Shown: one piece after another, positions 61,901 to 64,000 of the stretch
Layout of the letters: the number at the start of each line of letters is the position of its first letter
How positions within the stretch are numbered: the stretch's first letter is position 1
The notes under the pieces: model-generated
Databases searched by the model: none
Told to the model about the DNA's origin: nothing
What the model saw: the letters and a program-made list of their open reading frames with translations, nothing else
Position numbers and translations under genes: made by a program
Origin: Minutocellus sp. GHC0000111
Taxonomy: Eukaryota
NCBI GenBank assembly: GCA_977018835.1
Contig: OZ361258.1
Coordinates: 4,836,001 to 4,900,000, forward strand
Length of the DNA: 64,000 nt
Reading direction: 5' to 3'

Positions 61901-63635
61901 CATCAGCATTCTCATTCCCGAGGTTACAATCGATATATCATCCTCACGGCGCCTGGCTTGTTTGAAAGGCGCTACGAATTCCATCGATGGTGAAAGGAGA
62001 GGAATTTCGATGCATTCCACGAGTTCATAGGGTTTCAGATCAACCGTGCGATAGCGCAGGAAGAATTCCGACACCGACACCTTTCGACGGCTGACACTGC
62101 CCTGACCATCGACCGATGTGAGCACCAGCTTGGCACCGAGGGCAGCCAACATGGGATTCATATCACTAATGGGACTTGCGGTGACCAGGTTGCCACCAAG
62201 GCACGCCACATTGCGAATCTGGGAGGAAGCGAACCAACGGAGCATATTCTTGATGGGACTAGCAATTCGCTTCAGTGCCAGGGAGCTCTCAGCGTCCGCC
62301 TCGACGGTTTCACATACATGCTGGAGGGTACTAAGCGGAGCACACGCACCAATTTGGATCGATTCCGACGTAAATGATACATCGTACAAGGATTCAATAG
62401 AGTGCGATGGGTAGATGTACCGAAGATAAAAGGCCTGTTTGAACTTGGTCTCTGGTGAATGGTAGATGTCAGACCAAAAAGCGTAATGAATGAATTGTAG
62501 TTGGTGAAATAATGAAGAAAAAAGGCATATTAGCTTTCAAAGGAACAGATTCTCAATTCGTAATTCGCACATCGTCTTAACTCGACTCACCAATTCCAAC
62601 CTCGGTATTGCCAACGACAATCTTGCATCCACCCTGCTCGGCGTAGGTATACATCAAACCGAGCAATTCCTCCAACGTCGACGGTTTGAACCAAGTCCCA
62701 CCCCGTGGCGCCGATTGGTCCATCACAACAAGGGCTGAGGACGAGGACATCAACTTGAGATCATCGGGAAACATTTGATTAGGCTGCTCCAACCAGTCAA
62801 CGGGGGGTCCACCTTAGCCTTCTGTGGGGAGAGCTGATAGATAACTTGCCATCTTATCCTTCGAGGAGGTGCAGCACATCTTGTCGGTCTTGGAACCATC
62901 ACATCCACCGCAGCATCCGTTACCATCCTCCAGCTTCTTTTCCTCCTCTTTGTCGCTACCCGCACCGCCTCCATCGGCCACGTTGCACTCCAGCGTGCAG
63001 GTGTCTCGCTCGGGACATTCCCGACAGGGCGTACCGCACGGACCAATGGGCTCACCAACCTCGGCCGTGGCGGCATCCGCGCAAACACTTCGGGCGGCAT
63101 CCCATATGGGTCGGTAGCCCGTGCATCGGCACAGATTGCCATCCAAGTGCTCCTCCACGTACTTGACCTCGGGTTTGTTGGCCAGGAGGGAATAGATCGC
63201 CACGATGATGCCCGGGGTGCAAAAGCCGCACTGCGAACCGTGCATGTCGACCATGGCCGACTGGAGGGGGTGGAGACCACCCCGAACAGACCCGATGCCC
63301 TCGATGGTCGTGACGTGGGTGGAATCGGCGGCCAGTACCGGCATAAGGCAGGCATTGGCATAGTGGAGAACTTTCTGCTGGGCGGAGTCCCACCTGGAGA
63401 TCATGACGGTGCAGGCTCCGCACCCGCCCTCGGCGCAGCCCAGCTTGGTACCGGTGAGGCCCAGGACATCACGCAAGTAGGAGAGCAGAGTTTGAGCTGG
63501 TCGGGCCTTGGCAGCCAAGTCATCGGAAATGCGCTTGCCATTGACGTAGAAGATTGGCGTGGTTCGGTATCCTTGGTTGGAGTTAATTGGGGAGGAGGGA
63601 TAGAAGAAGGACGCATGAGGATTACCGATTGACAT
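58927..63635 (-). pseudogene. XDH: Xanthine dehydrogenase, full-span but disabled; introns 62452-62590 and 60898-61009
   Basis: GTKLGCAEGGCGAC, QCGFCTPG, GNLCRCTGY, FASSQIRNVACLGGN, QEHFYLE, TAFRGFGGPQG, SSKAIGEPP. In-frame TAA at 62814-62816, GGGFCGKE in place of GGGFGGKE, and the ERIRMAC-type C-terminal segment appears missing. Start codon is tentative. Confidence 0.9.
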
Positions 63636-64000
63636 GGATGAAGCACTTGATGCGAAAAGATGGCACATGATACGTTGGAAAGAGTGCAGAAAAAGAGAAG
63701 AGGCAACGACTCTTCTACTTCCATGTATAAACTCAGCGCCCTTTTTACGAGGCTTGAGCAACCTTTTCAATTCAATGATGCATCAATCCCAAGTAAGTTG
63801 AACCTGCCAGCACATTCTCATCTCGAATGGTGCAAGTTCCCTTCGGCGAAGGCGGCGAACCCAAACGTCTCTCAAATAAAGCTCCAGAACTCACCCTTCT
63901 TTTCGAAGGACGGCAGCGAGGCCACATCCTCGTTCTCATACGCGAGAGTAACCATGATTGCTTTGATGTATTGGTTGAAATTGCATCAACACGAACAAGC

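Larger units (their letters stand above)
40158..63108. repeat. Near-identical tandem segmental duplication: unit A 40158-51299, unit B 51299-63108
   Basis: All ORFs recur with identical translations at offsets 11141 and then 11809. The junction CCCATATG|AGAATGAGCC joins XDH sequence to GPCR sequence with a single shared G. Confidence 0.97.

Noticed and set aside
43388..62816. Four in-frame TAA codons suggesting stop-codon reassignment
   Set aside because: TAA terminates intact genes here (bZIP, P450, MYND 26884, aspartic protease). The same broken genes also carry frameshifts or motif damage, and TAG and TGA nonsense codons occur as well.
1..64000. tRNA, rRNA or other structured RNA genes
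   Set aside because: None recognised by eye. tRNAscan-SE and Infernal would be needed to exclude them.

Overview
Eukaryotic nuclear DNA, most likely a diatom or related stramenopile. The basis is GT-AG introns, an AF-type bipartite plastid presequence, and diatom-type bZIP, class C GPCR and CRAL-TRIO genes. The window mixes a few apparently intact genes (HAD hydrolase, bZIP factor, CYP7/8-like P450, A1 aspartic protease, two MYND-finger genes) with many disabled ones. Frameshifts, nonsense codons or deletions affect XDH, PPAT/CoaD, MUB, an AspH-like hydroxylase, a DUF305 protein, a GPCR, a CRAL-TRIO protein, a trypsin-like protease and four MYND paralogues. Mobile and repeated DNA includes a ~188-bp degenerate satellite, a Ulp1-protease remnant broken by an 11-bp expansion, a 5'-truncated Gypsy element with its 3' LTR, a hAT MITE with an 8-bp TSD, a TA-flanked MITE, and a 4.9-kb two-ORF mariner-like transposon inserted in the last GPCR exon. 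Positions 40158-63108 form a near-identical ~11.5-kb tandem duplication (transposon + CRAL-TRIO + XDH); the only difference I found is a 668-bp deletion next to the transposon end in the first copy. All family assignments come from motif recognition by eye; no searches were run.
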